From Eledone cirrhosa (lineage: Eukaryota): 64,000 bases of DNA. How positions within the stretch are numbered: position 1 is the first letter of the stretch; each line of letters begins with the position of its first letter. The notes beneath the pieces were generated by a model. That model was given only the letters and a program-made list of their open reading frames with translations, ran no database searches and had not been told where the DNA came from. The stretch is from positions 90,520,001 through 90,584,000 of the forward strand of contig OZ024743.1 of assembly GCA_964016885.1 (NCBI GenBank), written 5' to 3'. The position numbers and the translations under genes are program-made. Shown in pieces: positions 49,701 through 58,916 of this stretch.

Positions 49701-52700
49701 ACATTTGATACCAACTTAATGAGAAAGTTAATTATGATATAAAAACTGGAAATAGTTTTAAAACAATCTAAGACCATAACTAAATTCAAATATTTTGACA
49801 ATGTATAGGCGGTATATTAATCATCTAAATAATGCCTCTATAAACTATAACAATGTATGGGCAGCAGATAACATTGTTTTAAATAACATCAATAGAAACT
49901 ATAATTCCTTTTAGTTATTCTTGAAGTATTATTATCTTTTATGTTGTGTTGATTTGGTATTCATATGAAACCCTATCTTTCTACTTACAGAGTTACAGCA
50001 ATACCAAATTATACCTCCCTAAAGATTTCATTTTTGATACAGGAAAGGTAAGATAATAGTCATCATCAGAAAATATTTTAACTAATTATTTCATATTTGC
50101 ATTTTTTTTTTATACAATAAAATCCACACAGATATGTTTTCTTGTGAGCCCTTTGTGGTGAATAAAAAGAAATTATTATTATTAGAGCATTGAGGTGGAT
50201 TGGTAGTGTTGGATAACATGCTTTGTGGGATATACTTACATTTTTTCACATTCTGAGTTCAAATCATGCTGAGGTTATCTTTAAAATAAAGCACCAGTAA
50301 TGCACTGGGGACGATTTAATTGACTTTCCTCTTCTCCAGAATTTTTGGTCTTGTGCTTAATCAGAAACCATTATTATTATTAGTGTTATTAGGGCGGTGG
50401 ATTGGCAGTATCGGTAGTGTCAGATACCATGATTTTCAACATGGAGTTATGGCCCTTTGCGTTCTGAGTTCAAATCCTGTCGCAGTTAACTTTGTCTTTC
50501 ACCCTTACAGGGGTCAATAAAATAAAGCACCAGTAATGCACTGCGGTAATTGCTGGCCTTGTGCAAAAAGTAGAAACAATTATTAGTGTCATGAGTAAAT
50601 ATGGCATGCAGCTTAGTGGTTAGGGTGTTAGATATGATCATAATGTCGTGTTCGATTCCTGAACCAAGAGTGTTCTTTAGCATGAGGCTTCATTTCATGC
50701 TGCTTTTCATGATATGACTGGGGTCCCTTTCATTAGAACGAATACTTGAGAAGCCTCCTATGAGATATAATCTCGTAGGCCAGCTAAACCTACATGGATG
50801 CAACCTGTAAATTTTATTTCATTCCACAATTATTAAAGACAAAGTTGACCATGGTGAGATTACTGGGTTCAATTTCTGCCAAGGTCAAATTTGCCTTTCA
50901 TCCTTCTGGGGTCAAAAAAATATAGTACTAGTTAAGTACTGAAGTCAATGACTTTCCCCTCTCGCCAAGATTGCTAGCTTTGTGCCTAAATTATAAACCA
51001 TTATTGTTATTGTTTTTATGAGTAAATATATTTTTCTGTTTTCATTTTGTCATTTTAAAATATTTTTTACTTTTCTAGAAGAAAGTTTCTCAGCCAGCTG
51101 TACTGAATACAACTGAGAAACCTATAGCTACCAAACCATCTGTGCCGTTCACTACAACAGAAATTATTGTGACGTCCCCCAAACCTGTTGTAAATCCCAA
51201 CCCCACATGCCCCCGGGAATCAAAGAAAAAGAAGGAAAAAGAAAATGAAGCAAAAGAAAGGTAAATAGACTTGCTAGAATAATAAAAAAAAAAGTTTCCA
51301 ATGACTACGATTGAGTGGTGTGTTGTGTTCTTGAGCAAGATGTTTCATTTCAACTGACAATAATTATAATTCGATTTCTCGGATTATATAAGGAATTGTA
51401 AAACTGTGATTAACTTTTAACATCCTGTAATAGCAAAAGTGTGTTGCTTATTAGGATGTTGACTTGTGATCATAAGGTCGTGGGTTTGATTCCAGGATCA
51501 GGCAATGCGTTGCTTTCCATGATAAGACTAGGGCTCCTATCATTAAATTATCCCCAAAAAAACCTCTTGCGAGAATCAACCTTGTAGGAGGTAAACCTAC
51601 ATTTTTATTTTTGTTTTAAAAACAAGTTTGTTAATTCATAGGCTTATATGGCCAATACTCTATTTGTGAAATATAATAAGTTCACCAAATTCAATCTTTA
51701 TTTTGACATATTGTGGCAACTAACCAGTTACAGTAATATACTTGTTTACTAATGAGCTGTAGTAAGTTTCAGAATTCATCCCCTGCCCTTATTTTGGTTA
51801 CTTTTTCAGGCTTAAAAAGTTATTTATATGCCACAATTTTACAAATACTTGAAATTTCTGTCTTCAATCTTTACTACCACTCCTAAATTCATTCACTTCT
51901 CACTTCTTTGTGGTGAAATGATTCACTTGATCCAACATTAACTGCCTCAGTTCTTCACCGGACAATTCTGTATATTCCTCAATAACTCCTTTTAATATTT
52001 GAAGAGGTCTTATGCGTTTGCTTTTCACATTAGTGGATGTCCATTTGCTAATTTCCGAGTTTGCGGCACACACACAGAATTAAGAACTTTCATTTATATA
52101 TGATATTTGGTGATGAAACTAAATATGATTTATTCTGTCCATAAAACAACAGGTTTATGTGTTAGTTTACAATAAATATTTCAAAGATGTTTTCCCTTTC
52201 TCTTCTACAATCCAGCACATCTTCACAGAGTGACAAGAAAAAAAAAAGCGAAGAATCAACTAGTGAACAGAAGGCTCGTACTAGCCGAGCCGTGAAACAG
52301 ACGTCTGCTGCTGTCAAAAAAAAGGGGGCTTTAGTGAAAAAAGCTGCACTCCAAGCTGGGAAGAAAAACAAAACACCTATAAAATTAACAAAAGCTACCA
52401 GCAAATCTAAAAAGCCAACAGGCATGCAGGCCAAAATCACAGACTTTCGCTCGCCAAAGCGACAAACTTCTAAAAATTCTCCATTAAAAGTGTTATCACC
52501 TACAAAACAAATCTTGAACGGCTCCACTAAAGGCTCATCACGCCGGACTGCTGCACAAAACCGATCATCATCCAGTGCATCAACAAATAACAAAGCTGAA
52601 AGTAGTACAAGAAAAAGGGCAGCAGGATCTCCTGATGAAAATGTTCCAGCAAAGAAGCGAGCAGCAAATGAAAAAGAATCTCGGTATGAAGCTTTATTAT

Positions 52701-53269
52701 TATTATTAAGGGCAGTGTATTGGCTAAATCGATAGAGCGTCGAACACCATGCTTTGTAACAGAGTTACGGCCCTTTACGTTTTCAAATCCCGCCGAGGTT
52801 AGCTTTGCCTTCCTTATGGGGTCGGTTTAAACCCCCCCCCCCCATTGTTGGTCTTGTGTCTAAATTGGAAACCATTATAATTATTATTATCATATATCTG
52901 TGTTGTGTGTATAAACACGTGGGTGTGTGTATGTATGGAATTCATTTTATATTTTTGCTTGTCCGATTTCTTTATATGCCCTCACACTTTGTAATTTGAC
53001 ATTGTAATGTCTCCTCATTCATATATTAAATATAATACTTTTTTTTCTTGTTTTGGGGTTTTTTTTAAAGTAAGAAAAGCAGCAGCAGCAGCAGTAGTAG
53101 TAGTGTGAGTAATGGTAGTGAAAAGGAAGACACTTCTGCTGAATCAAGTACATCCATCCAGTCACCAAGCAAGGAAAAGGAGGCAAAAGAAGCTGAAATA
53201 AATGTAAGTGTTGATGATGATGATGATGATGATGATAAGGATGATAAAGATGAGGATTTATTGCTATGA
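9089..53269 (+). CDS. PDS5: Sister chromatid cohesion protein PDS5 homolog (PDS5A/B family), 31 coding exons, ~1396 aa
   Basis: Manually spliced GT-AG exons join in consistent phase into one 4191-nt ORF with PDS5 hallmarks: [109 protein letters not shown] basic low-complexity tail follows. The acceptor 13 nt before the ATG implies an upstream non-coding exon that I did not locate. Confidence 0.96.
9745..9939 (+). CDS. PDS5: PDS5 coding exon 2 (MLARVFQD...[14 protein letters not shown])
   Basis: tcag/gtatat boundaries; contains the conserved APEAP motif. Confidence 0.95.
11584..11670 (+). CDS. PDS5: PDS5 coding exon 3 (EIFMFL...KRYFYLLE)
   Basis: taag/gtaagg; 87 nt, phase 0-0. Confidence 0.93.
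11841..12671 (-). mobile_element. Non-autonomous Helitron (~830 bp)
   Basis: Minus strand starts A|TCTATATATATATAAAA and ends with hairpin CCCGtgcaatgcCGGG + taccactgCTAG|T; internal repeat ttttcacctaatgcgggYcctagg x3-4. Confidence 0.8.
14166..14263 (+). CDS. PDS5: PDS5 coding exon 4 ([11 protein letters not shown]...MFSII)
   Basis: ttcag/gtaagt; 98 nt. Confidence 0.93.
14746..14870 (-). mobile_element. tRNA-derived SINE family with gcctttcatccttacggggtcgataaaataaagtaccag central domain. Other copies: ~5940-6025(-), 41329-41525, 50391-50585, 50860-51005, 52710-52880, 63276-63500, 63837-64000
   Basis: B-box-like gagttcaaatccc followed by the same central block in many copies. Confidence 0.8.
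15041..15167 (+). CDS. PDS5: PDS5 coding exon 5 (EKHSAKV...LIEPYK)
   Basis: ttcag/gtaagg; 127 nt. Confidence 0.93.
15519..15599 (+). CDS. PDS5: PDS5 coding exon 6 ([11 protein letters not shown]...EPYIQT)
   Basis: tttag/gtaagt; 81 nt. Confidence 0.92.
16666..16926 (+). mobile_element. Mini non-autonomous Helitron (~260 bp)
   Basis: A|TCTATATTATAATAA start; 3' hairpin GAGGGtgatgatgttgCCCTC then atCTAG|T; internal GA/GT microsatellites. Confidence 0.65.
16980..17120 (+). CDS. PDS5: PDS5 coding exon 7 ([10 protein letters not shown]...PQLEFKLK)
   Basis: tctag/gtaagt; 141 nt. Confidence 0.93.
18540..21088 (-). mobile_element. Full-length but decayed piggyBac transposon (PGBD4-like transposase)
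   Basis: TTAA at 18536-18539 and 21089-21092; TIRs cccttttgttac / gtaacgaaaggg; transposase remnants inside. Confidence 0.93.
19161..20809 (-). pseudogene. piggyBac transposase pseudogene (ATG 20809, main ORF 19410-20636, C-terminal Cys-rich domain to TGA 19161)
   Basis: [17 protein letters not shown] acidic start; [42 protein letters not shown]; CRD RRQCRECL...[16 protein letters not shown]; interrupted by frameshifts and a premature stop. Confidence 0.9.
21527..21642 (+). CDS. PDS5: PDS5 coding exon 8 (SSEEIER...LWNCFLGR)
   Basis: tctag/gtcagt; 116 nt. Confidence 0.92.
21699..22023 (+). mobile_element. Complete tRNA-derived SINE (A/B boxes, CORE-like centre, hairpin, RTE-derived tail)
   Basis: A box tggcttagtgg, B box gagttcaatt, tccttgagcaagacactt centre; tail matches the RTE 3' UTR at 47486-47752; (GAT)n end. 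Confidence 0.85.
22472..24061 (+). mobile_element. Internally deleted piggyBac transposon (second family), 1590 bp
   Basis: Perfect 14-bp TIR CCCTTTAGCATTCA/TGAATGCTAAAGGG with TTAA on both sides; ORF 22711-23418 is a transposase N-terminus ([13 protein letters not shown]...[11 protein letters not shown]) that stops before the catalytic DDD core. Confidence 0.93.
23693..23931. repeat. 120-bp direct tandem duplication inside the piggyBac right arm
   Basis: tacttttacacctgttaattaatttcacctgccc...ctactgacaaaattt twice, about one mismatch. Confidence 0.9.
24691..24785 (+). CDS. PDS5: PDS5 coding exon 9 (FNDISTGVR...VRDII)
   Basis: gctag/gtgagt; 95 nt. Confidence 0.92.
25274..25419 (+). CDS. PDS5: PDS5 coding exon 10 ([14 protein letters not shown]...ERTLDKK)
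   Basis: tttag/gtaagt; 146 nt. Confidence 0.93.
26238..26683 (+). mobile_element. RTE LINE 3' end (last codons [19 protein letters not shown] + full 3' UTR + (GAT)n)
   Basis: Near-identical reverse complement of 34162-34616. Confidence 0.9.
26773..26924 (+). CDS. PDS5: PDS5 coding exon 11 ([12 protein letters not shown]...YYQHSPED)
   Basis: tttag/gtaaat; 152 nt. Confidence 0.93.
27888..28001 (+). CDS. PDS5: PDS5 coding exon 12 (LLVERIF...LDEHAL)
   Basis: gttag/gtaagc; 114 nt. Confidence 0.92.
28922..28954 (+). CDS. PDS5: PDS5 coding exon 13, 33-nt microexon ([10 protein letters not shown])
   Basis: tccag/gtgcgt; phase 2-2; resembles the PDS5 segment KALNEMWKCQ. Confidence 0.8.
30077..30171 (+). 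CDS. PDS5: PDS5 coding exon 14 ([10 protein letters not shown]...KLIALA)
   Basis: ttcag/gtatgt; 95 nt; bridges the phases of exons 13 and 15. Confidence 0.85.
30330..30729 (+). repeat. About six diverged ~48-bp units embedded in an RTE/SINE-type tail ending in (GAT)n
   Basis: gataaaatgcactcagtacactctg-like unit repeated, followed by acccatgctagcttggaaaaatggacgttaaatggtgatgatgat. Confidence 0.8.
30974..31113 (+). CDS. PDS5: PDS5 coding exon 15 ([10 protein letters not shown]...KAEDAV)
   Basis: ttcag/gtaatt; 140 nt. Confidence 0.92.
31606..31815 (+). CDS. PDS5: PDS5 coding exon 16 ([10 protein letters not shown]...GLKLLL)
   Basis: tacag/gttagt; 210 nt; LLERIAPV motif. Confidence 0.92.
32222..32401 (-). 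mobile_element. 3'-truncated copy of the 21699 SINE
   Basis: Reverse complement of 21699-21879 with few mismatches. Confidence 0.9.
32737..32827 (+). CDS. PDS5: PDS5 coding exon 17 (ALSHVFP...NEDEVI)
   Basis: tacag/gtgagt; 91 nt. Confidence 0.9.
33570..33639 (+). CDS. PDS5: PDS5 coding exon 18 ([11 protein letters not shown]...PNIY)
   Basis: tacag/gtaagt; 70 nt. Confidence 0.9.
33771..33897 (+). CDS. PDS5: PDS5 coding exon 19 (SLLPVLQ...QQVFE)
   Basis: cacag/gtgaga; 127 nt. Confidence 0.9.
34162..35950 (-). mobile_element. 5'-truncated RTE-clade LINE with uninterrupted RT C-terminal ORF (34556-35950), 3' UTR and (GAT)n tail
   Basis: [45 protein letters not shown] (YADD mutated), FRYLG, GRPRKTW; possible TSD cttcatttt at 34153-34161 and 35945-35953. 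Confidence 0.95.
36469..36624 (+). CDS. PDS5: PDS5 coding exon 20 (HVKKSLNP...[10 protein letters not shown])
   Basis: tgaag/gtaagt; 156 nt. Confidence 0.92.
37211..41040. repeat. Minisatellite, ~77 units of 48/51 bp, in PDS5 intron 20
   Basis: Unit catgatacagtgtactgggtgtattttattgtggcaccagcaccac(cac)ca with a few recurrent variants. Confidence 0.98.
41593..41661 (+). CDS. PDS5: PDS5 coding exon 21 ([10 protein letters not shown]...EETQAK)
   Basis: tccag/gtgagt; 69 nt. Confidence 0.9.
42530..42666 (+). CDS. PDS5: PDS5 coding exon 22 ([13 protein letters not shown]...[10 protein letters not shown])
   Basis: tgcag/gtaagt; 137 nt. Confidence 0.93.
43472..43595 (+). CDS. PDS5: PDS5 coding exon 23 (KPELARLRL...LALLIN)
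   Basis: taaag/gtaaga; 124 nt. Confidence 0.92.
44037..44166 (+). repeat. 41-bp x3 tandem repeat of a SINE head
   Basis: aaggctggtggcctagttgttagtgttagactcatgattat at 44037, 44078 and 44119, then decayed SINE body (ttgaacaagacatttc). Confidence 0.85.
44647..44851 (+). CDS. PDS5: PDS5 coding exon 24 (DSCYQVR...LRLPLEY...QHASPG)
   Basis: tgcag/gtaagt; 205 nt. Confidence 0.94.
46404..46518 (+). CDS. PDS5: PDS5 coding exon 25 (KIYSLLPDY...LAHDPD...NIIKE)
   Basis: tccag/gtttgt (weak donor; position fixed by the phase of exon 26); 115 nt. Confidence 0.88.
46907..47752 (+). mobile_element. 5'-truncated RTE LINE 3' end (second 3' UTR subtype) with (GAT)n tail
   Basis: [14 protein letters not shown]...MLHGSETW...GRPKKTW; 3' UTR with a 2.5x ~48-bp repeat. 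Confidence 0.92.
48210..48342 (+). CDS. PDS5: PDS5 coding exon 26 (CLWFVMDPL...[10 protein letters not shown]...MNK)
   Basis: ttcag/gtaaga; 133 nt. Confidence 0.93.
48972..49094 (+). CDS. PDS5: PDS5 coding exon 27 (KLYAVCDIA...FTKPDH)
   Basis: attag/gtaagt; 123 nt. Confidence 0.92.
49991..50047 (+). CDS. PDS5: PDS5 coding exon 28 ([19 protein letters not shown])
   Basis: tacag/gtaaga; 57 nt; NTKxYLP motif. Confidence 0.88.
51079..51260 (+). CDS. PDS5: PDS5 coding exon 29 (KKVSQPAVL...NEAKE)
   Basis: tctag/gtaaat; open frame, 182 nt; low-complexity tail with weak homology support. Confidence 0.8.
52216..52683 (+). CDS. PDS5: PDS5 coding exon 30, Lys/Ser-rich disordered tail
   Basis: tccag/gtatga; 468 nt inside ORF 52187-52735; phase matches exon 29. 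Confidence 0.82.
53071..53269 (+). CDS. PDS5: PDS5 coding exon 31 (KKSSSSS...EAEIN[VSVDDDD...LLL*]); may instead end at donor 53203
   Basis: Poly-T tract + aag acceptor; open frame to TGA 53267-53269; internal AAT|gtaagt donor. Confidence 0.65.
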
Positions 53270-55309
53270 AACTATCTCGTTGGTTTGCATTGTTCTTTAA
53301 CCCTTTTGATACCAAACTGCTTGAAATTGTTCTCGATTTATCATACTACAATGCTGCTTGTTTTTAAATGTCTATCCTTATATTAAAACCTTCAATCATA
53401 ATTTTACTTAAGAAACCTTTTATGAAGTAATGCTCTGAATATCAGTTTACTAATGAAAAACTTATTTTAATGAATTCTTCCAAATTGTTGGTTATTTTCA
53501 AAATTTATATTGAAACACATAGGCAGTGTATTTCATTAGAAATATGGTAATGAAAGGGTTACTACTTTTACTGGTTCTAGTCCTTGAACTACAGCCCAAC
53601 TGGATCTCTGATTTTAAGGGTTTATGTCAGTCATATTGACTTTGGTCTCTGTCAATAACAAAATAGATATGATGATGGTGCAGCTGCATTTCATATACTG
53701 CTATTTCATTTTCCATCCCTGTTGTGGTAGATTTTGGTGAGATCTGTAATTTATATAATTAATGTTCTTTAATCTAAGTTAATTCTCAAATAAATTCTTA
53801 GAATATGCTGTCACATTCTTTGTGTTTATTTACTGGATTATCCAATATATAGCTGTAATATGTTGCTTACAATACAGATGTATAATTTAATATTTAAGAA
53901 TAAAAACTACTCCCACTAAATGTCATTCTCCCAGCATCCCCTCAATGTTCTATACATATGAAATAATGCCTGTTTTATGTGACTACTTCTATAATTGTAG
54001 ACTATCAAAATATAACTATTATGTTTTTTTTTCTTTTCGCTTTTTCATTTTTATTTCACACTAGATTAATGAATTTTTACTTTTTTTAAAACTTGATCTA
54101 CTTAATCAAGAATTGTTGTTCACTGTAATTAATGTAAAGTTATCTAAACTTATCCGTATTCTCCTTACTATAAAGATTGCTTTAGACTTTAGAGGAAATG
54201 AGATTTGATTATAAACAAAATAGCTTGTTCAAAGCTATTCTAAATATTGTTAATAAATAATTTATATATAAGCGTTGTAATCTACTCAATGGTTCTGAAT
54301 TTTAAATCCTTTCTTTTAGCCGTAGAGAGTTTGAAACTCTCTTCCATGGATAATTCTTGGGAATCCTGATTGGTAAAGACCATACTTTGTTTTTGTAATA
54401 CTTTTGTGTTGTCTTATAAATTTTTACGGTGAGCTTTTAAATTGTGCAAGCTGGCCTAGAAAAGGTTTTTCTATTATTGTATGTGGCTACCAGAAAATAA
54501 AACTACTACTACTACTACTATGATAGACCTTTTCAATCTTTGGTTACTGCATGAGCTGGCAAACTTTGTATGGCAAATATCATTTTATGTTGAACAGAAA
54601 ATAAAGTGCATATTCTATTTTAATAATGTTGATATAAGTTTCTGATTGTAAAGAAGAAAGAAAAAAACAATTTACAAATTTTATCTTGGTTCTTTTAAAT
54701 TTTCATCTTAAGGTTTTAGTCCTAAATTCTATCAAATTAACATGGAATACTTTAACATTATTTCCATATTTTTCTCAATACATTTACTAAATTCTGAAAA
54801 AGTATTATACACTTTATATTCTGTGAAGTTTGTGAAAGGATGTTTAGTAGAAATTAACTTGAAAAAAATTCGACTGGACGTCAGTTTGATGTCCTTTATT
54901 TTCTGTTCTCTACCTTTAGTCAGTGTTCTTCATTTTCTTAGAGAGGAAACTGCACTCCCTGTTCCTTGCTTGTACTGCGATCCCTCTTTTCATCAATACC
55001 TTGTCATTGTAACAGTTGGATATTCTTATATACATTTGGTCTTCATGAAGTCTTAAGGGCAAAGGTTTTTTATTAATTTTTATTTACTCTTCTTTCTGAT
55101 TAACAAGGAAAGTGCAATTAAAAACCACTAACCGAGCCACCATATTCTCCCATCTCCTCCCTTATCCAGCAAATAACATTACACCAGCTTAACAATTCCT
55201 TAAAAATATAATCACAACCCACTTAAGTATATTAATGCAATGTCATTTAAAATACTGCAGAAAAGTTATAATACCATCAAAGAAACTCCCAAATTACAGA
55301 GATTGTAGT

Positions 55310-55404
55310 GTTTGTGTGGGTATGTGTGTGTGTGTGTGTGTATGTATATGTATGTATATATATCTATGTGTATATATATGTATACATGTATATATGTGAG
55401 TATG

Positions 55405-55441
<37 letters not shown>

Positions 55442-55640
55442 ATATTATATTCTATAACTATATATGTATATCATCAGCTATAACTATGTATATTATATAG
55501 TTATAGCTATATATATGTATATTATATAGTTATAGCTATATATATGTATATTATATAGCTATAACTATATAAAAGTATATTATATAGCTATAACTATATA
55601 TATATATATATATATAATTGTAACTATATATGTATATTAA
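55310..55640. repeat. (TG/TA)n microsatellite plus ~32-bp tandem units arranged in inverted orientation
   Basis: tatagttatagctata and its reverse complement tatagctataactata alternate in blocks. Confidence 0.8.
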
Positions 55641-57152
55641 TTCAAAATATTGAAGCACCACCACCACATATGCACCAACCTGCACACTCAGTCTTTCAGA
55701 TTGTGATATTTTCCATTCTGTATTTCTTATGAATGTTGGACATCAGAGCAACATATTTTAGCTCTGAAGAAGAAGGCTAGTCATTTGTGATGCTATTTTT
55801 ATTGTGTTGTGGATGTGTTGTTTAAACCTAGGTTGGTTTTCAATAAGCAGGCTTGTGATCCATTTTGTACAGTCCAACATAATAATTTAGAAACAAAGTG
55901 CTGTCTATCGAGTACATTGTTATCTATTTGATTGAGTTGACATATTTTAAACTAAACTAAACTAAACTAAAAGAAAAAACAATTTAGCTGTTACAATATT
56001 TTAACCCTTTTGATATAAAACACCCCAAATTGGTTCTGGTTTTATAAAACAAAACCACCCCTTTTAAAGGTTTCCTTTTTAAATTAAAATCTTCCAACAT
56101 AATTTCATATAAGAACTACATGTTAAGTTAATATTTTAGTAATGAAATAACTAATTATTTTAGTAAATCTCTAAATATTCTTCATGAATTAATTGAAATA
56201 TGGTCATGAAAGGGTGAATATATTTATAATTCTTGTACTTGTAATCTTTATTCATATAAAACCTCATTTCACTATTTCTGTAGCCAAAGTGCTTTGCTTA
56301 TTCAATCTAAATAGCAGAGAAGAAATAATACCAGTTGTTTGAGTGGGTTATTGCTGTTGAAAGTATCATGTTCCAACACCACATTGATATATCTACCTTT
56401 GAAAACCTCTAATCCATGTCAGCATGAGAAGAATCTTAGGTTAAAAACAAATTACAGGTTCCAACTTACATTTTTCAGCTGGGTGAGCTAGAGTGAATGG
56501 AAAAAAGTATCTTGCTCAAGGGGACAGTGTATTGCTTTGAATTGAACTCATGCTCTTAAGAATTGGAGCTGGACACTAACCACTAAGACTTGTACTTTCA
56601 TTACTGCGCCAACACAGGAATGTGGAGGCTACAGTGTGCTATGCTATTTGATATCTAGTTTGCTCAGAAATGCCACATGAACATTCACCTTTGGACTTTT
56701 AACACAAATATAAACCAAATTATATATAATACCAATATTCTTTGCTAAACGCTGCCTCATATTTCTGTTCAATTGGAATAAATTACAGATGAAATAGGTT
56801 CACAAAGGGGAAATACTGGACATGTGTAATACACATCTCCATTTTCCCTACACTATTTATAGTACACCATATATTTTGAAGTGAGGTTTTGTAGATCCAG
56901 TAGGTAAATGAGATACATGTTGGTTTTTCACATTTTTGTGGGGGCATGGTTCTACATAATTATATACAGTACATACAAGCTAAAAGGGTTTCTCTCCCTT
57001 TCTCTTTGTCTCTCCTGGTCTCCTATTTAGTAGTTATGGTACAGTCTAGAAATGATAATTGTGTAGCAGATAATGTTGATCATTATTAGCTGTAGTAGAT
57101 GTCTATATTGTCATGTGTGATAGTTTGCCAAGCATAACAACAAACCAGGACA

Positions 57153-57231
57153 CACAGTGTCCATAAAGTCCGCGTGCAATTTAAGATACAAAAAGTATTA
57201 TAAATAGCACACAGACTTTATGGACACCCTG
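57153..57231. mobile_element. ~80-bp Tc1/mariner-type MITE (almost entirely TIRs)
   Basis: gtgtccataaagtccgcgtgcaattta ... taaatagcacacagactttatggacaccctg; CAGGGTGTCC-type terminus. Confidence 0.75.
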
Positions 57232-57239
57232 TGTGCGTG

Positions 57240-57270
<31 letters not shown>

Positions 57271-57749
57271 ACACACACATACATATATACATGCATACGT
57301 GTACATACATTGTTATTACTTATCATTTTTGCTTTTTATAGTCCAAGCTACATCAAGTCTGAATTATTATTTGCTTAAATCAATTTGTCAGCTTTGTCCT
57401 ATTTTTGGTTGTTAATTTTGTTTTACAGGCTCCATTGTGCAACATTAAATTGTCTTTAACTGTTTCTAATTATTCCTTTTAAGTAATAATTCTTTTTCAT
57501 TTAAACATCAATGTAATGCGTCTGACTGTGTGTGTGTGTGTATATATATACACGCACACATATATACACATGCACACATATATATTATATATATATATAG
57601 GAACAAGTATGACTCCGACGGCAGAGCTCAAGCTGTTTCGACGGCTATTTCTGGTTCCTTACCACAATTCCTTTGTTATATATATATATATATATATGGA
57701 AAAAGGAAACGAAATTTCATTTCTCACTCTTAGTGCGGCTGTTACTTAA

Positions 57750-58174
57750 ATATAAGTATGTATACGTACATACATACATGTATACAGACGTACAGTAGTA
57801 TGTATATATATATACATACATACATGCACACATATATATATGTACGTATGGATTCACTGAACATTTATTATAATGCTCGGTGTGTTTGTAAACAAACATC
57901 CCGTATTAAGCTGTACAGTGTTTAGCAACCATAGCTAATAAGCTTGAAACTAGTACAGCATTCTTTTGTCAGTGTTGAACAAACGAGCAACGATGGTTGC
58001 TGGACACTACGGCTTAATTCGGGATGCTTGTTTACAAACAAACCGAGCATTATAATAAATGTTCGGTGAATCCATACGTACATATATATATATGTGTGCA
58101 TGTATGTGTATATATATATATATATACATACTACTATACCTCTGTATACATATATGAATCTACGTATACATACT

Positions 58175-58179
<5 letters not shown>
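57750..58179. repeat. ~430-bp foldback / palindromic element (arms ~185 bp, spacer ~55 bp)
   Basis: gtacgtatggattcactgaacatttattataatgctcggt...tttgtaaacaaacatcccg is mirrored by cgggatgcttgtttacaaac...accgagcattataataaatgttcggtgaatccatacgtac. Confidence 0.9.
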
Positions 58180-58205
<26 letters not shown>

Positions 58206-58916
58206 CTTCTCTATTATTAAGGATAATAGTATATTTTTGTCATGAAATGTCAATGTTTAACTCTTAACTTGATGTATTATTTTGTTTCTATATTTTATGT
58301 ATAATGATCATCTGCACCTTGCTATTTTTTTAAATTAATTCATAACAAGTACATTTTCAGAATTAATGTTGTTGATTTTATAAAATAAACAAAAGTTTAT
58401 ATATATTTGTGAGTAAGTGTGTCTGTCCCCTTCCAGTTCTCTCCTTTGTTTTGTTTCACTAGCTCTTTTGGATTAACAACTGTAAGGAGTACTCAAAACT
58501 CCCCCTAGTCTCCCATGGCTTACTTGCTCTATATGGGCGTTTAAATTGATTAAATAAATATGCTGCTAACCACTACTTCCTCTTCCCCAGACCAGTTTCT
58601 ATGTGAAGGATTATACCTCATCCATCAGACCATCACTTTCTCTATGCTCCCAATCACTACTCCCTCTTCTCAAGACCCTTCTCAGTGGAAGAATGTACCA
58701 CTTCTGTCACCATCACACCACCACCACCATTTCTCACTCTTTCACCAGCAAACATGCTGCTACTCCAATACTTCTTCCATTATACTTTCACTACTCCTTA
58801 TTAATCCCTTTGACACACTCTCCCTTCACAAGGCTCTCACACTCCTTTGCCCACTCCTCTCATATTCAACTCCTGGCTTAAATAAGCAGAAGCAATGATG
58901 AAAAGGAAGCTCATCA

